Positions 1 through 11,215 are shown, numbered from the stretch's first letter. The stretch is 64,000 nucleotides of DNA from Candidatus Poribacteria bacterium (GCA_965222225.1 CBDCTK010000002.1:3584001-3648000); one strand, 5' to 3'. The notes: generated by a model from the sequence alone, not told the origin. Translations and numbers: made by a program.

Positions 1-728
1 CTACTTTCCTGTTCTGATCCTACCTGTTTCAATACCTCTCGCCGGAACTGGTCGTCTCGTGAAGATTCATCCGCTTCCGCTCTTATCTTTTCAGCAATTT
101 GTAGAACTTCTTCGATTTCTGCTTCAAGCGAGTCAGGGATTTTTCCTCCCGATTCGTCAGCCATCTTCTGGGCATAAACTTCGTACGGTGGGTGTAGTTC
201 CTCCGGGAATCTACCCGGCTTAGTTCCGCACACATAGGCGGTCGATACGTGAAGAAGCACGGCGTCATTACACCCTTGGACGAACTCAACGGCATGTTTT
301 GCGCCTATTACATTGCTGTGCAGCGACATATCAATCGGCGGATCGAATTTAACTAGCCCGCCGCTGTTAATGAAGATATGCACTTCATTCTGTAGTTTCT
401 GATAGATTCCGGTAGACATTCCGAGCCGCTCACAGTTTAAATCACCGTCTACAGCGTGCACCTTTTCACGAATCCAATTGTCGAACGCGTCGCCGTGGAT
501 CCGCCTGAGTCTTGCAAAGACGCTCGACGTGAAGAACTCATCCTCTAAACGATTAGCGGCAGAACTCACTTTGCCATTGGGATTGGTTCGACTGCGGACG
601 AGGAGGTAGATCCGCTTTATATCCGGCAGATCCGTGAGTATCTTGGCGACCACCGGCTTGCCCAAGAAGCCTGTAGCGCCCGTAATCAGGATAGTTTTGT
701 TATGAAAAAACTCGGAGATGGTGTTCAA
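1..728 (-). CDS. Fatty acyl-CoA reductase-like (NAD_binding_4/male-sterility) domain protein, 5' part; runs off the window
   Basis: Not in the ORF track because there is no stop in the window. Manual translation from TTG at 728: MNTISEFFHNKTILITGATGFLGKPVVAKIL...IYLLVR...VKFDPP...LLHVSTAYVCG. AGGAG RBS upstream. Confidence 0.85.
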   Translation of the reverse strand, partial: MNTISEFFHNKTILITGATGFLGKPVVAKILTDLPDIKRIYLLVRSRTNPNGKVSSAANRLEDEFFTSSVFARLRRIHGDAFDNWIREKVHAVDGDLNCERLGMSTGIYQKLQNEVHIFINSGGLVKFDPPIDMSLHSNVIGAKHAVEFVQGCNDAVLLHVSTAYVCGTKPGRFPEELHPPYEVYAQKMADESGGKIPDSLEAEIEEVLQIAEKIRAEADESSRDDQFRREVLKQVGSEQES

Positions 729-990
729 TTTAATCTACTCCTTGTATGAAACATCATTGGGGCAAGGAATGTGGCAATTACCCTAAATGGATTCCATAGT
801 CAACACATTGTGCAATACCCCATGTGTTCCCCAAAATTCGGGTCGTCGCCGAAGATTGTTCCGCAATTGGCATTGATTGCGGACAAACATAGAGCGGAGA
901 AAATTGGGTAAAAGATTAGTATAAGGGAATCGCTCGATTGGTGTCAATGCAAAACCAAATTGCGTCCGGAGGACACGCATCTGATCGTAG

Positions 991-1042
991 GATCAAGCGA
1001 ATGAATAGCGAGCGCGACAAAAATCCCGTGCCATAGAGCTCT
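991..1042 (+). repeat. Dispersed ~55-bp intergenic repeat, family A
   Basis: gatcaagcgaatgaatagcgagcgcgacaaaaatcccgtgccatagagctct aligns with copies at 16073 and 43426. Confidence 0.75.
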
Positions 1043-1120
1043 TTACCCAGATTTGCGTTCCCTATATCCCCTGAACCGGACAGAGCAAAGACAATCTCAG
1101 TCAGGTACGCGGGATAATTC

Positions 1121-1149
1121 TTGAGTTCACTTTGGCGGTGCGATATAAT
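1121..1149 (+). promoter_or_regulatory. Putative sigma70 promoter of the CYTH gene
   Basis: TTGAGT-17 bp-TATAAT. Confidence 0.55.
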
Positions 1150-1243
1150 TGAATCGCTTGGGTATTAGATTCGGAGTGCAATGCGGGGTTGATGATACCC
1201 AAAGATAGGGATTAACTGCTAAATCGGGAGAACCGATTCGAAA

Positions 1244-1771
1244 ATGTCAGAGTTACCACACCGAAACCTAGAGTTTAAGGCGGAAGCCGAGTCGCTCGAG
1301 TTCCTACGTGCAAATCTTAAGGCACTTGAAGCGGAATGTTCAGGCAGGCTGTATCAGGTCGATACCTACTTTCATGTCCCAAAGGGGAGATTGAAACTGC
1401 GTGAAGTTGAAGATTACGGGGGGACACTGGTCTACTATGAACGCCCGGACGCGGCGGAATCGCGGTACAGCCACTACCAACTCTGTGATATTGCGAATCA
1501 CGCGACGTTCAAACAGATGATGTCTGATGTGCTTGGGGTGAAGGTGATTGTTGAGAAGAACCGTGAGTTATGGACCTACGGAAACACACGGATTCATCTG
1601 GATGAGGTTCTCAACCTCGGTGAGTTCGTTGAGTTGGAAACCGTGATTCGGGATCAGAGTGAAGCAGAGGCTCAAGCGGAACATAATCACCTCAAGGAAA
1701 CACTTCACATTGCGACCACCGACTTGATTCCGGTTTCGTATAGCGATCTGTTGCTGGGGAGCAACTCGTAA
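1244..1771 (+). CDS. CYTH-domain protein (class IV adenylate cyclase, CyaB-like)
   Basis: N-terminal ExK (NLEFKA), QVDTYF, RLKLRE, IHLDEV..LGEFVELE, C-terminal SYSDLL. Confidence 0.85.
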   Translation: MSELPHRNLEFKAEAESLEFLRANLKALEAECSGRLYQVDTYFHVPKGRLKLREVEDYGGTLVYYERPDAAESRYSHYQLCDIANHATFKQMMSDVLGVKVIVEKNRELWTYGNTRIHLDEVLNLGEFVELETVIRDQSEAEAQAEHNHLKETLHIATTDLIPVSYSDLLLGSNS

Positions 1772-1854
1772 AATGGGTATTGTGACTTGGGGCTTATACC
1801 ATCTCTCTAAAATGACAGTGCATCAACGGCGTGAACTAAAGTCGGAATTTGGAG

Positions 1855-1909
1855 GAAATCTCTATCGTGCAGGGAACCCTATCGCCCGCACCATTCGTTC
1901 GGTTGATTC
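1855..1909 (-). repeat. Family A repeat, degenerate copy
   Basis: Reverse complement gaatcaaccgaacgaatggtgcgggcgatagggttccctgcacgatagagattt. Confidence 0.55.
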
Positions 1910-2009
1910 TATTCGGTCACTTGAAAGCAGTGCGCACCTTACAAACTTGCTACAATCTGAATTGCACGAGTCCTGCTCTCAGCGAAAAGCGATAGGCGTA
2001 ATTTGAATC

Positions 2010-2864
2010 TCACCCGTCAAATCGGTAAAAGCGAATCGCGTTTTCACGAAACAGTTTCTTCATTTCGTCTTCGGAACACCCATCCACCGCCCACGCCAAG
2101 GTTTCAACCCACTGTGGATAGTCGATTGCTTGCGTTGAAACTGGCCAATCCCCGCCGTAGGCGACGCGATCAAATCCGAAACACTCGATAACATGATCTA
2201 TATAGGGTTTCAGATCTGTCGGCTTCCAGGTCTCAAAATCTGCCGAGGTGGCAACGCCCGACACTTTGCAGAATACGTTAGGGAATTTTGATAACGTTTC
2301 GATTTCGCGCGCCCATGGCTGAAAAACCTCATTCTTAATGTCGGGTTTTCCGATGTGATCCAGCATGAATTGGGTGTCTGGACACTGCTGGACGAACTCA
2401 ATCACGTTGGCAAGTTGCGGTTGGACAATGCAAATGTCAAAGCTTAGTCCGTATTCCGCCAGCAGTCGGATGCCTTTGATGAAAGCGGGCTGTAAGCAGA
2501 AGTCGATGGATTCCGCCTGAATGAGGCGGCGGATGCCTTTGACCAATGGGTTTCCTGTCAGCTTCTCAAGTAAAGGTCGTACACCTTCCCCATTTTCCAG
2601 TGGCGCCGACGCCACGATTCCCTTAATTCGCGACTCATCCCCCACTAGGGACGTCACCCACTCAACCTCACTCATACGTTCGTCTGGATGGACATCGCAT
2701 TCGACAAAAACAAACGACTCGATACTGACAGATCCATAAGCAGCCCTAAAGTCATCCAAGAGATAAGGTTCACTTATAGCTGGAACTTCCCCAAGCCAAG
2801 GGTATCGCAGGCGTCCTGGATGCCATAGATGCACATGCGTGTCCACGATTGGAAAGCTAATCAC
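2010..2864 (-). CDS. Amidohydrolase_2 family (L-fuconolactonase-like)
   Basis: DTHVHLW, LDHIGKP, CKVSG, GGDWPV motifs. GTG start at 2864 chosen from the AGGAGG RBS. Confidence 0.85.
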   Translation of the reverse strand: MISFPIVDTHVHLWHPGRLRYPWLGEVPAISEPYLLDDFRAAYGSVSIESFVFVECDVHPDERMSEVEWVTSLVGDESRIKGIVASAPLENGEGVRPLLEKLTGNPLVKGIRRLIQAESIDFCLQPAFIKGIRLLAEYGLSFDICIVQPQLANVIEFVQQCPDTQFMLDHIGKPDIKNEVFQPWAREIETLSKFPNVFCKVSGVATSADFETWKPTDLKPYIDHVIECFGFDRVAYGGDWPVSTQAIDYPQWVETLAWAVDGCSEDEMKKLFRENAIRFYRFDG

Positions 2865-3142
2865 GAATTCTAATGCCTCCTTTCCTGATGCAAAAGCGAG
2901 TCTATAGCAGGTGGAGGTTGATGTCAATAGCAAATGCCAATTATTCTAGGCAATCGCATCTGATTACGCGGGATGTGAAAGAATGGTGGGAAGTAAAACA
3001 GGAAATCCGTGATTTGATGATTGCCGATCCCACCCTACAACTGACTTCAGTCAGGGCAACTTGCCAAGCCCCATCCCTACGTGCTATAATACCTTTTGCG
3101 TTTCGTTCACGTATTACTCGCCGAGCGGGGAGCCTTCGGATA

Positions 3143-4672
3143 TTGTCAATCACACCTTCCACAAAACTATGGGGCGGACGATTTAGCTCAGAGATAACGA
3201 CTGAAACCCAAGATTTCACTCAGTCTACTGATGTTGATTCACGTCTGGTCGCTTACGACATTTGGGGGAGTCAAGCACATGCCATCATGCTGGCGCGGGG
3301 TGAAATAATCTCCGATGAAGATCTCCGACAAATCTTAATTTGGCTCCGTAGGGCGGAAGAAGATTACGACAATGGCACCTTTGTCCTAAAACCCGAAAAG
3401 GAAGATGTCCACATGAATGTGGAATCTTACCTTATTGACGGCGCCGGCATTGAGTACGGTGGAAAACTTCACACGGCGCGTTCCCGCAACGATCAGGTGT
3501 TGGTTGACGCACATCTCTATATCCGCGAACAGATTCTCAGAACACAAACCGGACTGTCTCAACTTTGCCGTGCGTTTCTGAAAATTGCGTCGAATCATGC
3601 CGATACAGTGATGCCGGGCTACACGCACATGCAGCATGCCCAACCAATCAGCCTCGGGTTCTGGGCAACAGCATACGTCAGTATGCTTCTCCGCGACCTG
3701 AAGCGGTTGGATGCCGCTTTCCGGATCGCCAATATGAATCCGTTGGGTGCCTGCGCAATTGCCGGCACGTCTTTCGCTATTGATCGCCATCTAACCACGA
3801 AACTTCTCGGATTCGACACCGTTCATAAACATGCCTTGGATGTTATTAGCAGTCGGGACTTTATCGCAGAAACGTTATTTTCCCTGTCTCTGCTAATGAC
3901 GAACCTCTCAAGACTGGGAGAGGAGATAATTTACTGGACGACCCATGAATTTGGCATAGCTGTCCTTGACGACGCCTACGCAATGGGTAGTTCGATTATG
4001 CCTCAGAAGAAGAATCCGGATATCGCCGAGTTGGTTCGCGGACGTTGCGGACGTGTTTATGGTGAACTGCTAAATCTATTGACCAATCTCAAAGGGCTTC
4101 CGCTAGGTTATAATCGCGATCTTCAGGAGGACAAACCCCCGCTTTGGGACGCTTTTGACGTAGTGCAATCCTGCCTGGGCATCCTCCCCGGTTTACTTGA
4201 AACGACCCACTTCAACACCGATCGAATGGCGGAGCTCTGCAATGCAAACTTTGCAACAGCAACAGAATTGGCAAACTATCTGGTACGGGAGCATGGAATA
4301 GCGTTTCGTGAATGTCACGAAATTGTTGGAGGCATCGTTGGTGATTTGGTGAAAAAGGGGGCGACCTTCGACGATTTGGAAGAGACCCGGAAGCTACTAC
4401 AACTCAGAGGTGTCATCCTCTCAACGTCGCAGCTTCAAGGGGTTCTCGATTCCAAACTCGTACTTGGCTGCAACCTAAGTTTGGGCGGAACATCCCCTGC
4501 CGAGGTACAGCGAATGACATCTGAATTTGAAGCTGAACTGAGTGATGTCGATGCAGAAATTATGTTGCGCCAAGAACAAATTAACGTTGCATATAAACAG
4601 ACGCATCAGATTATTGAGGAAGTCATTGCAGGAAAAGCAATTTCAAAGGTCGATTCTCAGTGCTGGACGTGA
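3143..4672 (+). CDS. argH: Argininosuccinate lyase
   Basis: KLWGGRF, HTARSRNDQV, MPGYTHMQHAQP, GSSIMPQKKNPD, YNRDLQEDK. Start trimmed to TTG near KLWGGRF. Confidence 0.95.
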   Translation: MSITPSTKLWGGRFSSEITTETQDFTQSTDVDSRLVAYDIWGSQAHAIMLARGEIISDEDLRQILIWLRRAEEDYDNGTFVLKPEKEDVHMNVESYLIDGAGIEYGGKLHTARSRNDQVLVDAHLYIREQILRTQTGLSQLCRAFLKIASNHADTVMPGYTHMQHAQPISLGFWATAYVSMLLRDLKRLDAAFRIANMNPLGACAIAGTSFAIDRHLTTKLLGFDTVHKHALDVISSRDFIAETLFSLSLLMTNLSRLGEEIIYWTTHEFGIAVLDDAYAMGSSIMPQKKNPDIAELVRGRCGRVYGELLNLLTNLKGLPLGYNRDLQEDKPPLWDAFDVVQSCLGILPGLLETTHFNTDRMAELCNANFATATELANYLVREHGIAFRECHEIVGGIVGDLVKKGATFDDLEETRKLLQLRGVILSTSQLQGVLDSKLVLGCNLSLGGTSPAEVQRMTSEFEAELSDVDAEIMLRQEQINVAYKQTHQIIEEVIAGKAISKVDSQCWT

Positions 4673-4823
4673 GAATTGCGAGATCCGCACGGGAATCACG
4701 CCTCGGCGACCGTGGGCGAGCAACTCTCTCTACCGACCACTAGCCACGTGGCAATTGATTTACTTACCATGGCTTCCGATATCGGTTGCAAATTTTGAAA
4801 AAAACGGAATATAGGCACTTAAA

Positions 4824-5513
4824 ATGACTGACATATATTCAAAACTTCACGCTTGGATCGTCATTTGTATACTGATTTGCGGAAGTGGTCTTGCCGCTAA
4901 CGGTTCATCAAGCGAGAAACCGGAAAAGGGATTAGTGAAGTGGCAGAATAAATCGTACCACGGCAAGCGGACAGCCAGCGGTGAGAGGCACAACCACAGA
5001 GACTTTGTCGCGGCACATCCGACACTACCTTTTGACACTTATCTTCAGGTCGTGAATCCGAAGAACGGGAAAATGGCTATTGTTCGGGTCAATGACCGCT
5101 GTCCGCAAAGGAGCGACAGGTCACTTGTTGTCTCGTGGGGCGCAGCGAGATTACTCGGTATCCTCAAGCGCGGCGTCGCAGAGGTGCAAATCAGGGACGC
5201 AAAGACGCTTATAGGTTACGCCTCATGGTACGGCAAATATTTTCACGGGAAGAAAACGGCAAATGGCGAGGTGTATGACATGGACGCTATGACGGCAGCC
5301 TACAAAGAACTACCTTTCAACACGCGGGTGCGGGTGGTAAATCTGAGAACCGGAAAATCTGTCGTCGTCAGAATTAATGACCGAGGGCCATTTATCGAAG
5401 GACGGATTATCGATCTCTCGCGTCGAGCGGCGGGCAAACTCGGCATGTTCTTTACGGGCACGACAAAGGTTCGGGTTGAAATTTTGCCGCCGCTTAAAAA
5501 GACCGACAGCTAA
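4824..5513 (+). CDS. rlpA: RlpA-family lytic transglycosylase with two tandem DPBB domains
   Basis: Signal peptide; two copies of HGKxTAxGE...LPF...VRxNDR; second copy has ASWYG and [10 protein letters not shown]. Confidence 0.8.
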   Translation: MTDIYSKLHAWIVICILICGSGLAANGSSSEKPEKGLVKWQNKSYHGKRTASGERHNHRDFVAAHPTLPFDTYLQVVNPKNGKMAIVRVNDRCPQRSDRSLVVSWGAARLLGILKRGVAEVQIRDAKTLIGYASWYGKYFHGKKTANGEVYDMDAMTAAYKELPFNTRVRVVNLRTGKSVVVRINDRGPFIEGRIIDLSRRAAGKLGMFFTGTTKVRVEILPPLKKTDS

Positions 5514-5529
5514 GTTAAGGCGACGAAGT

Positions 5530-6255
5530 ATGTTCAAAGATAAGCTCATCGTCGCACTCGATTTCGACAACCTCCATACGGCGAATGACATCGTCAGCCA
5601 ACTTGGCGACCTCGTAACATGGTTCAAGATTGGCGGGCAACTTTTCACCACAACCGGTCCTGCCTCTGTTGAAACCTTCCGTGATTTGAGGAAAGAGATT
5701 TTCTTGGACCTCAAATTTCATGACATCCCGAACACAGTGGCTGGCGCCGTCGCCGCAGCGGCAAAAACGGGGGCAAACATGATAAACATGCACGCATCCG
5801 GTGGGCTTGAAATGATGCGCGCCGCGAGCGAATCAGCCAACACGCAAGCCAGCGAGCTGGAAATGCCAAGACCGCTGCTGCTCGGTTGTACGGTACTCAC
5901 CAGCATTGATGAAGGAAGTTTTCAGCGCGACTTCGACACAAAACGGAAACTGAGCGATCAGGTCGCCTATCTCGCGGAATTGTCCCAAAAAGCGGGATTG
6001 GATGGCGTAGTCGCGTCGCCGCTGGAGATTGAGGTTGTTCGCCGTGTCTGTGGCGAGCGGTTCCTGATTGTTACGCCCGGTGTTCGACCTCGGTGGGCGA
6101 CGGCGGGAGATCAACGTCGAGTTACAACACCGGCGGAAGCAATAGAGGCTGGAGCCGATCATATCGTTGTCGGGCGTCCCATCACAGGAGCTGATAATCC
6201 ACGCGAGGCGGCAAAAAATGTCCTACAGGAAATCCAATACTGTAGCGACCCGTGA
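5530..6255 (+). CDS. pyrF: Orotidine-5'-phosphate decarboxylase
   Basis: LIVALD, FLDLKFHDIPNTV, VTPGVRP, DQRRV, VVGRPI. Confidence 0.96.
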   Translation: MFKDKLIVALDFDNLHTANDIVSQLGDLVTWFKIGGQLFTTTGPASVETFRDLRKEIFLDLKFHDIPNTVAGAVAAAAKTGANMINMHASGGLEMMRAASESANTQASELEMPRPLLLGCTVLTSIDEGSFQRDFDTKRKLSDQVAYLAELSQKAGLDGVVASPLEIEVVRRVCGERFLIVTPGVRPRWATAGDQRRVTTPAEAIEAGADHIVVGRPITGADNPREAAKNVLQEIQYCSDP

Positions 6256-6944
6256 CTCAGGGAGTGGCGCCAATGACGCGCGCAGAAGCCTTACGTATCT
6301 TAGGCTTGGAGCCCGACGCAACACCAACCGAGGTGAAGAGAAAGTATCGCCAGCTCGTAAAAGCCGTACACCCTGACAAAAATCCGGCCCCGAATGCTAG
6401 GTACCTCTTTCAGCGTGTTCAAGAGGCGTATGAATCTATCTCTACCACCGAGGAACAAGAACAAACAAGAGAGAGGGTAGCAAGGGAATATAGGGACAGA
6501 GCGACGAGTGAGGCCAGAGCAAGGGCCGCTAGAGAATGGGCTGAAAGAGAAACCAGGCAAAAGCAAGAAAGGGCAAGAGCAGAGAAAGAAGCCAGAGAAA
6601 GAGCAGATAGAGAGAAGAGAGCTAGGGAAGAATGGAAACGACAGCGAGACGAGGCTGTAACCGGAGTGAACGGATGCATTGGTAGTTGCCTTTTCATGCC
6701 AATGTTGTTCACAGTATTCCTTGGCTTTATAGTACTAATCAATTTGGTGGTAGCGATTTCGCGTAACGGGTGGTGGATTTTTGTCACTATTGTTGTCGCA
6801 TTTATTGTTATTTCTGTAACCCTAGCAATTTTATTCAATCTACTTGACGAGTGCCTGAAGAAGTATCAATTGAGAAAATTCCTCATAAACCGTCCGCCGC
6901 CATCCAAAGGTACAACAGAGGAGGCAACAGATGACACCGCATAA
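6252..6944 (+). CDS. J-domain membrane protein
   Basis: ILGL...YRQLVKAVHPDKN J-domain, charged E/R/A helical region, two hydrophobic helices. Start may be 6273. Confidence 0.8.
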   Translation: MTQGVAPMTRAEALRILGLEPDATPTEVKRKYRQLVKAVHPDKNPAPNARYLFQRVQEAYESISTTEEQEQTRERVAREYRDRATSEARARAAREWAERETRQKQERARAEKEARERADREKRAREEWKRQRDEAVTGVNGCIGSCLFMPMLFTVFLGFIVLINLVVAISRNGWWIFVTIVVAFIVISVTLAILFNLLDECLKKYQLRKFLINRPPPSKGTTEEATDDTA

Positions 6945-7112
6945 GTCATTATCTCTTCATTCAACGGAGCAATTCGTAGTATCGTAATTCAGCACATTTA
7001 ATTCACCCGTTTCCTTCATATTTTCCGAGGAAATGCAACCAATGGAAAATAGTGGTCGGTATAGAGTAACGTCTTCTGATCGCCACTCACCACTAGTCAC
7101 TAGACACTGAAA

Positions 7113-8915
7113 ATGACCGACCAAGAGAGGGTACGAAACTACTGCATTCTGGGCCACATAGATCATGGCAAAAGCACATTGAGTGATCGCCTGCTCGAAT
7201 ACACCGGCACATTAACGCAACGCGAAATGCGAGAGCAGGTGCTCGACCAGATGGATCTTGAGCGAGAACGCGGTATTACAATCAAGGCAACGGTTGTCAA
7301 ACTCGAATACCATGCCAAGGATGGTCAGCTCTATGAACTTAATCTGATTGACACACCGGGACACGTCGATTTCACTTATGAGGTCTCACGAAGCCTCGCC
7401 GCATGCGAAGGCGCCGTGCTCATTGTTGACGCGGCACAAGGGGTTGAGGCACAAACGCTTGCAAACGCATATCTCGCGGTGAACCACGACCTCGAAATCG
7501 TCCCCGTCATCAACAAAATCGACTTGCCGACCGCTCGTCCCGATGAGGTGAAGGCGCAAATAGAAGACATTGTCGGTCTTCCTGCGGCGGATGCACTTCT
7601 GGTGAGCGCGAAAGAGGGACTGGGAATTGCGGAGATGTTGGAAGCCATTGTTACCCGCATTCCGCCTCCCCGCGGCAAAGCGGATGAGCCGCTCAAGGCG
7701 CTGGTTATCGATTCGATGTACGATAATTATCGAGGCGTCATTATGTACGTCCGCGTCTTCGATAATGCCATAAAACCGGGCGACAGGATACAGTTGATGG
7801 CAACCGGCAAGGCATTTGACGTGGAAGAGGTGGGGGTCTTTTTGCCAACCATGACGCCGGTCGACCAACTCGACACCGGCAGCGTTGGCTACCTAATCGC
7901 CGGTGTCAGAGTGATTGCAACCGCCAAGATTGGCGACACGATCACGCACGCCAATCGTCCCACATCCAGTCCGTTGCTGGGATATCGGGAGACGAAACCG
8001 CTTGTCTTCTGTGGACTTTACCCAGCGGATACAAGCGATTTTATCACGATGCGCGAAGACCTGGAAAAACTTAAACTCAACGACTCCTCCTTTAACTTTG
8101 AGCCGGAGACCTCCGTTGCGCTCGGATTTGGGTTTCGCTGTGGCTTCTTGGGGCTGTTGCACATGGAGGTGATTCAGGAACGGCTTGAGCGGGAGTTCGG
8201 TTTGTCTCTTATTCGCACCGTTCCAAGTGTCAAATACCACATTTACACCACAGGCGGGAACTGCCTTGAAGTTGATAATCCCGCCCATGTGCCGCCGCGC
8301 GACCAGATCGATTATATCCAGGAGCCTCATATCACGGCTGATATTATTGTTCCGCGGGACTACATCGGGAATGTAATGGGCATCTGTCAAAAGCGACGGG
8401 GTGGGTTCATTCGGATGAATCAGCTTGATGAAACACGGGTGCAGGTTTTTTACGATCTCCCACTAAGCGAAATCCTGGTGGACTTCTACGACAAATTGAA
8501 ATCGGTGACGCGCGGATACGGTTCGCTCGAGTACGAAGTGGGTGCGTATAAAACGGCGGATCTCGTCAAATTGGACATCCTGCTTAACGGCAAATCGGTG
8601 GATGCGCTATCAAGCATTCTCCACCGAGATATGGCATATACACGTGGAAAGGCATGTATCGACAAACTGCGTGAGTTGATTCCGCGCCAAATGTTCGAGA
8701 TTCCGATTCAAGCCGCGATCGGCAACAAAATCATCTCTCGCGAGACCGTGCGTGCTTTGCGAAAGAACGTCACTGGCAAGTGTTACGGCGGGGACATCAC
8801 ACGAAAGCGAAAACTGCTGGAACAACAGAAGGAAGGCAAGAAACGCCTGAAACGGATTGGCAACGTTGAAGTGCCTCAAGAGGCTTTCATGGCGGTTTTG
8901 TCAGTAGACGATTAA
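7113..8915 (+). CDS. lepA: Elongation factor 4
   Basis: [45 protein letters not shown]. Confidence 0.98.
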   Translation: MTDQERVRNYCILGHIDHGKSTLSDRLLEYTGTLTQREMREQVLDQMDLERERGITIKATVVKLEYHAKDGQLYELNLIDTPGHVDFTYEVSRSLAACEGAVLIVDAAQGVEAQTLANAYLAVNHDLEIVPVINKIDLPTARPDEVKAQIEDIVGLPAADALLVSAKEGLGIAEMLEAIVTRIPPPRGKADEPLKALVIDSMYDNYRGVIMYVRVFDNAIKPGDRIQLMATGKAFDVEEVGVFLPTMTPVDQLDTGSVGYLIAGVRVIATAKIGDTITHANRPTSSPLLGYRETKPLVFCGLYPADTSDFITMREDLEKLKLNDSSFNFEPETSVALGFGFRCGFLGLLHMEVIQERLEREFGLSLIRTVPSVKYHIYTTGGNCLEVDNPAHVPPRDQIDYIQEPHITADIIVPRDYIGNVMGICQKRRGGFIRMNQLDETRVQVFYDLPLSEILVDFYDKLKSVTRGYGSLEYEVGAYKTADLVKLDILLNGKSVDALSSILHRDMAYTRGKACIDKLRELIPRQMFEIPIQAAIGNKIISRETVRALRKNVTGKCYGGDITRKRKLLEQQKEGKKRLKRIGNVEVPQEAFMAVLSVDD

Positions 8916-9106
8916 GCACTTGAGTAGAGGGACAGATTGTCAGCACGTTTCAAGAATGAACTTTACAGAATGAGAATAGTGTGCAACAATTGGCATTCAT
9001 AAAATCACCAATCTTTGTAGCCGTGTCGGCAGACAATCGTAATGCTTAGACTTGCTTTTTTTTATTCTGATCCAAGGTTTTCTCCGGTGTTGGAGGTCAG
9101 ACATTC

Positions 9107-9907
9107 ATGAACACACCCGAAAATGACACAGCCGAGCAGCCGAGCCGTTGGCAAAGATTCCAAAACACCGTTGTTTGGGAATACATACAAGTTGCCGTTG
9201 TTGCTTTTGTGCTTGTCTTTGGGTTTATCCGCCCCTTTATTATCGAACCGTTCAAAATCCCATCCGGCTCAATGGAGAATACGCTACTCATCGGAGATCG
9301 CATCCTAGTCTGTAAGTTTATCTACGGGATTAAAATCCCCGGTACAAATATCAAACTCTTCGATTTTCACAAGCCTGCCCGCGGAGATGTGTTCGTGTTC
9401 ATCCCGCCGCATGAAAAGGCGAAGAATTTTATCAAACGGGTCGTTGCCATTGAAGGCGATACCGTAGAAACGAAGGGAGATACACTTCGTGTGAACGGCA
9501 AAGCGATTGATGATAGCAACTATACCAAACATATGTCCTTCCCTTATCATAGACGCGATTTTCCGCCCTTCCTTAGACCGCAGTATATACCTGACGGTAA
9601 AGCGTTTGCCGATTTCAAGCTTTCGCCGGATCGATTTTACCGCAAGTTTCCGGATGGCAAACCGTTCTCGCTTCCCGAAGGTTTCGTTTTTGCGATGGGC
9701 GACAATCGAGATCAGAGCAGCGACAGCAGAACATGGGGTCCGGCTATGCTCGAAAACGTCAAGGGACAGGCGTTTATGGTCTATTGGTCGTACGACCACA
9801 TCGGCAGACAGGGTAAGCCGTGGGCAATCTGGGATATTCCAAAGAGAATCCGATTCAATCGTGTCGTCAAGTTAATTCGCTCGGAGTTCGATGGAAGTCA
9901 AAAGTGA
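9107..9907 (+). CDS. lepB: Signal peptidase I
   Basis: IPSGSMENTL, FIKRVVA, MGDNRDQSSDSR; follows lepA. Confidence 0.95.
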   Translation: MNTPENDTAEQPSRWQRFQNTVVWEYIQVAVVAFVLVFGFIRPFIIEPFKIPSGSMENTLLIGDRILVCKFIYGIKIPGTNIKLFDFHKPARGDVFVFIPPHEKAKNFIKRVVAIEGDTVETKGDTLRVNGKAIDDSNYTKHMSFPYHRRDFPPFLRPQYIPDGKAFADFKLSPDRFYRKFPDGKPFSLPEGFVFAMGDNRDQSSDSRTWGPAMLENVKGQAFMVYWSYDHIGRQGKPWAIWDIPKRIRFNRVVKLIRSEFDGSQK

Positions 9908-9928
9908 TGAGCGAAAGGTAGCCTTGAG

Positions 9929-11029
9929 TTGTCCTTGGAAATTCGTTTAGATCATATTGTCAAGACATTCGATACCACGAAGGCGGTCAATGATGTTAGC
10001 CTTGAGATTGCGAAAGGCGAGCTATTTTTCCTTCTGGGTCCCTCGGGGTGCGGCAAGACGACCTGTCTGCGGATAATTGCCGGCTTCTATCAACCCGATG
10101 CCGGTCGATTAATGTTCGGCGATCGCGTGATGAACGGTGTGCCGCCGCATAAACGTAACACGGGAATGGTCTTCCAGAACTATGCGCTGTGGCCGCACAT
10201 GACCGTATCCGAGAATATCGCTTACGGTCTGGTGCTCCGCAAGGTTGACAAGGCAATGCGAGAAAAGCGTGTAGCGGAGGCGCTAGAGATGGCGCAGATG
10301 CCGGAGTACGCTGATCGTCCCGTGAACAAGCTATCCGGCGGACAGCAGCAACGAATCGCGCTGGCACGCGCGTTGGTCATTGAGCCCAGTGTGCTGTTGC
10401 TTGACGAACCCTTGAGCAACCTCGACGCGCAGTTACGCCTTGAGATGCGCCACGAGATTAAACAGATTCACTCGCGTTCCCGAACCACTGCCGTCTATGT
10501 CACTCATGACCAAGCCGAGGCGCTCTCTCTCGCGGATCGCATGGCAATCATGAAAGACGGCGAAATCGTGCAAGTGGGCACGCCGCGTGAAATCTACCGT
10601 TTCCCTGTCAACGCTTTTGTCGCCAGTTTCGTCGGTGAAACCAACCTCATCAGCGGCAAGATTCGCTCTCTGTCCAACGGGTCGGCTGAGATTGAAACAC
10701 CGATTGGCACTCTTCATTCCGCGTCGGTCTACCATGACTTTGTCGCCGGTGAAGAAACAATCTGCTCAGTTCGTCCGGAGGCAATAAACCCAGCCGAGAA
10801 AATCCCGCCGACCACGCCGAATCAGTATCATTCCAAGGTGCTTGATGCAACCTATCTGGGGCGCGTTGAGGAATACCAACTTTCAATCACCGACGATGTC
10901 AGAATAAAAGCCGTGCTCCACAACCCCAGTACCCATGGCAAACAGATGGGCGATGCGCTTCAGTTTTGGATTCATCCTGAAGATGTTATCCCGTTGCCCG
11001 CTCGTGACGCGCAGCAGCAGACAGAATAG
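9929..11029 (+). CDS. ABC transporter ATP-binding subunit (PotA/FbpC-like, TOBE tail)
   Basis: GPSGCGKTT, LSGGQQQR, LLLDEPLSNLD, YVTHDQ. Confidence 0.9.
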   Translation: MSLEIRLDHIVKTFDTTKAVNDVSLEIAKGELFFLLGPSGCGKTTCLRIIAGFYQPDAGRLMFGDRVMNGVPPHKRNTGMVFQNYALWPHMTVSENIAYGLVLRKVDKAMREKRVAEALEMAQMPEYADRPVNKLSGGQQQRIALARALVIEPSVLLLDEPLSNLDAQLRLEMRHEIKQIHSRSRTTAVYVTHDQAEALSLADRMAIMKDGEIVQVGTPREIYRFPVNAFVASFVGETNLISGKIRSLSNGSAEIETPIGTLHSASVYHDFVAGEETICSVRPEAINPAEKIPPTTPNQYHSKVLDATYLGRVEEYQLSITDDVRIKAVLHNPSTHGKQMGDALQFWIHPEDVIPLPARDAQQQTE

Positions 11030-11215
11030 AGGTATTTGCCTTCAATCCAAATAGAACCCAATGGGAAGGCCCCATCCAAACATTCACGTTAAACTTGCCG
11101 CACCGTGCAGCGGCATGAGGCGTACACGCCAATATCTATCCATTCAAGCACAAATGACCACGGCAGCAAGCTCATCAGTCAGCGTCATTAAGCCGCAAAT
11201 TGAGGAGAACCGGTC

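Noticed and set aside
1773-2006. 77-aa ORF after the CYTH gene
   Set aside because: Much of it is a family A repeat read through; no recognisable protein features.
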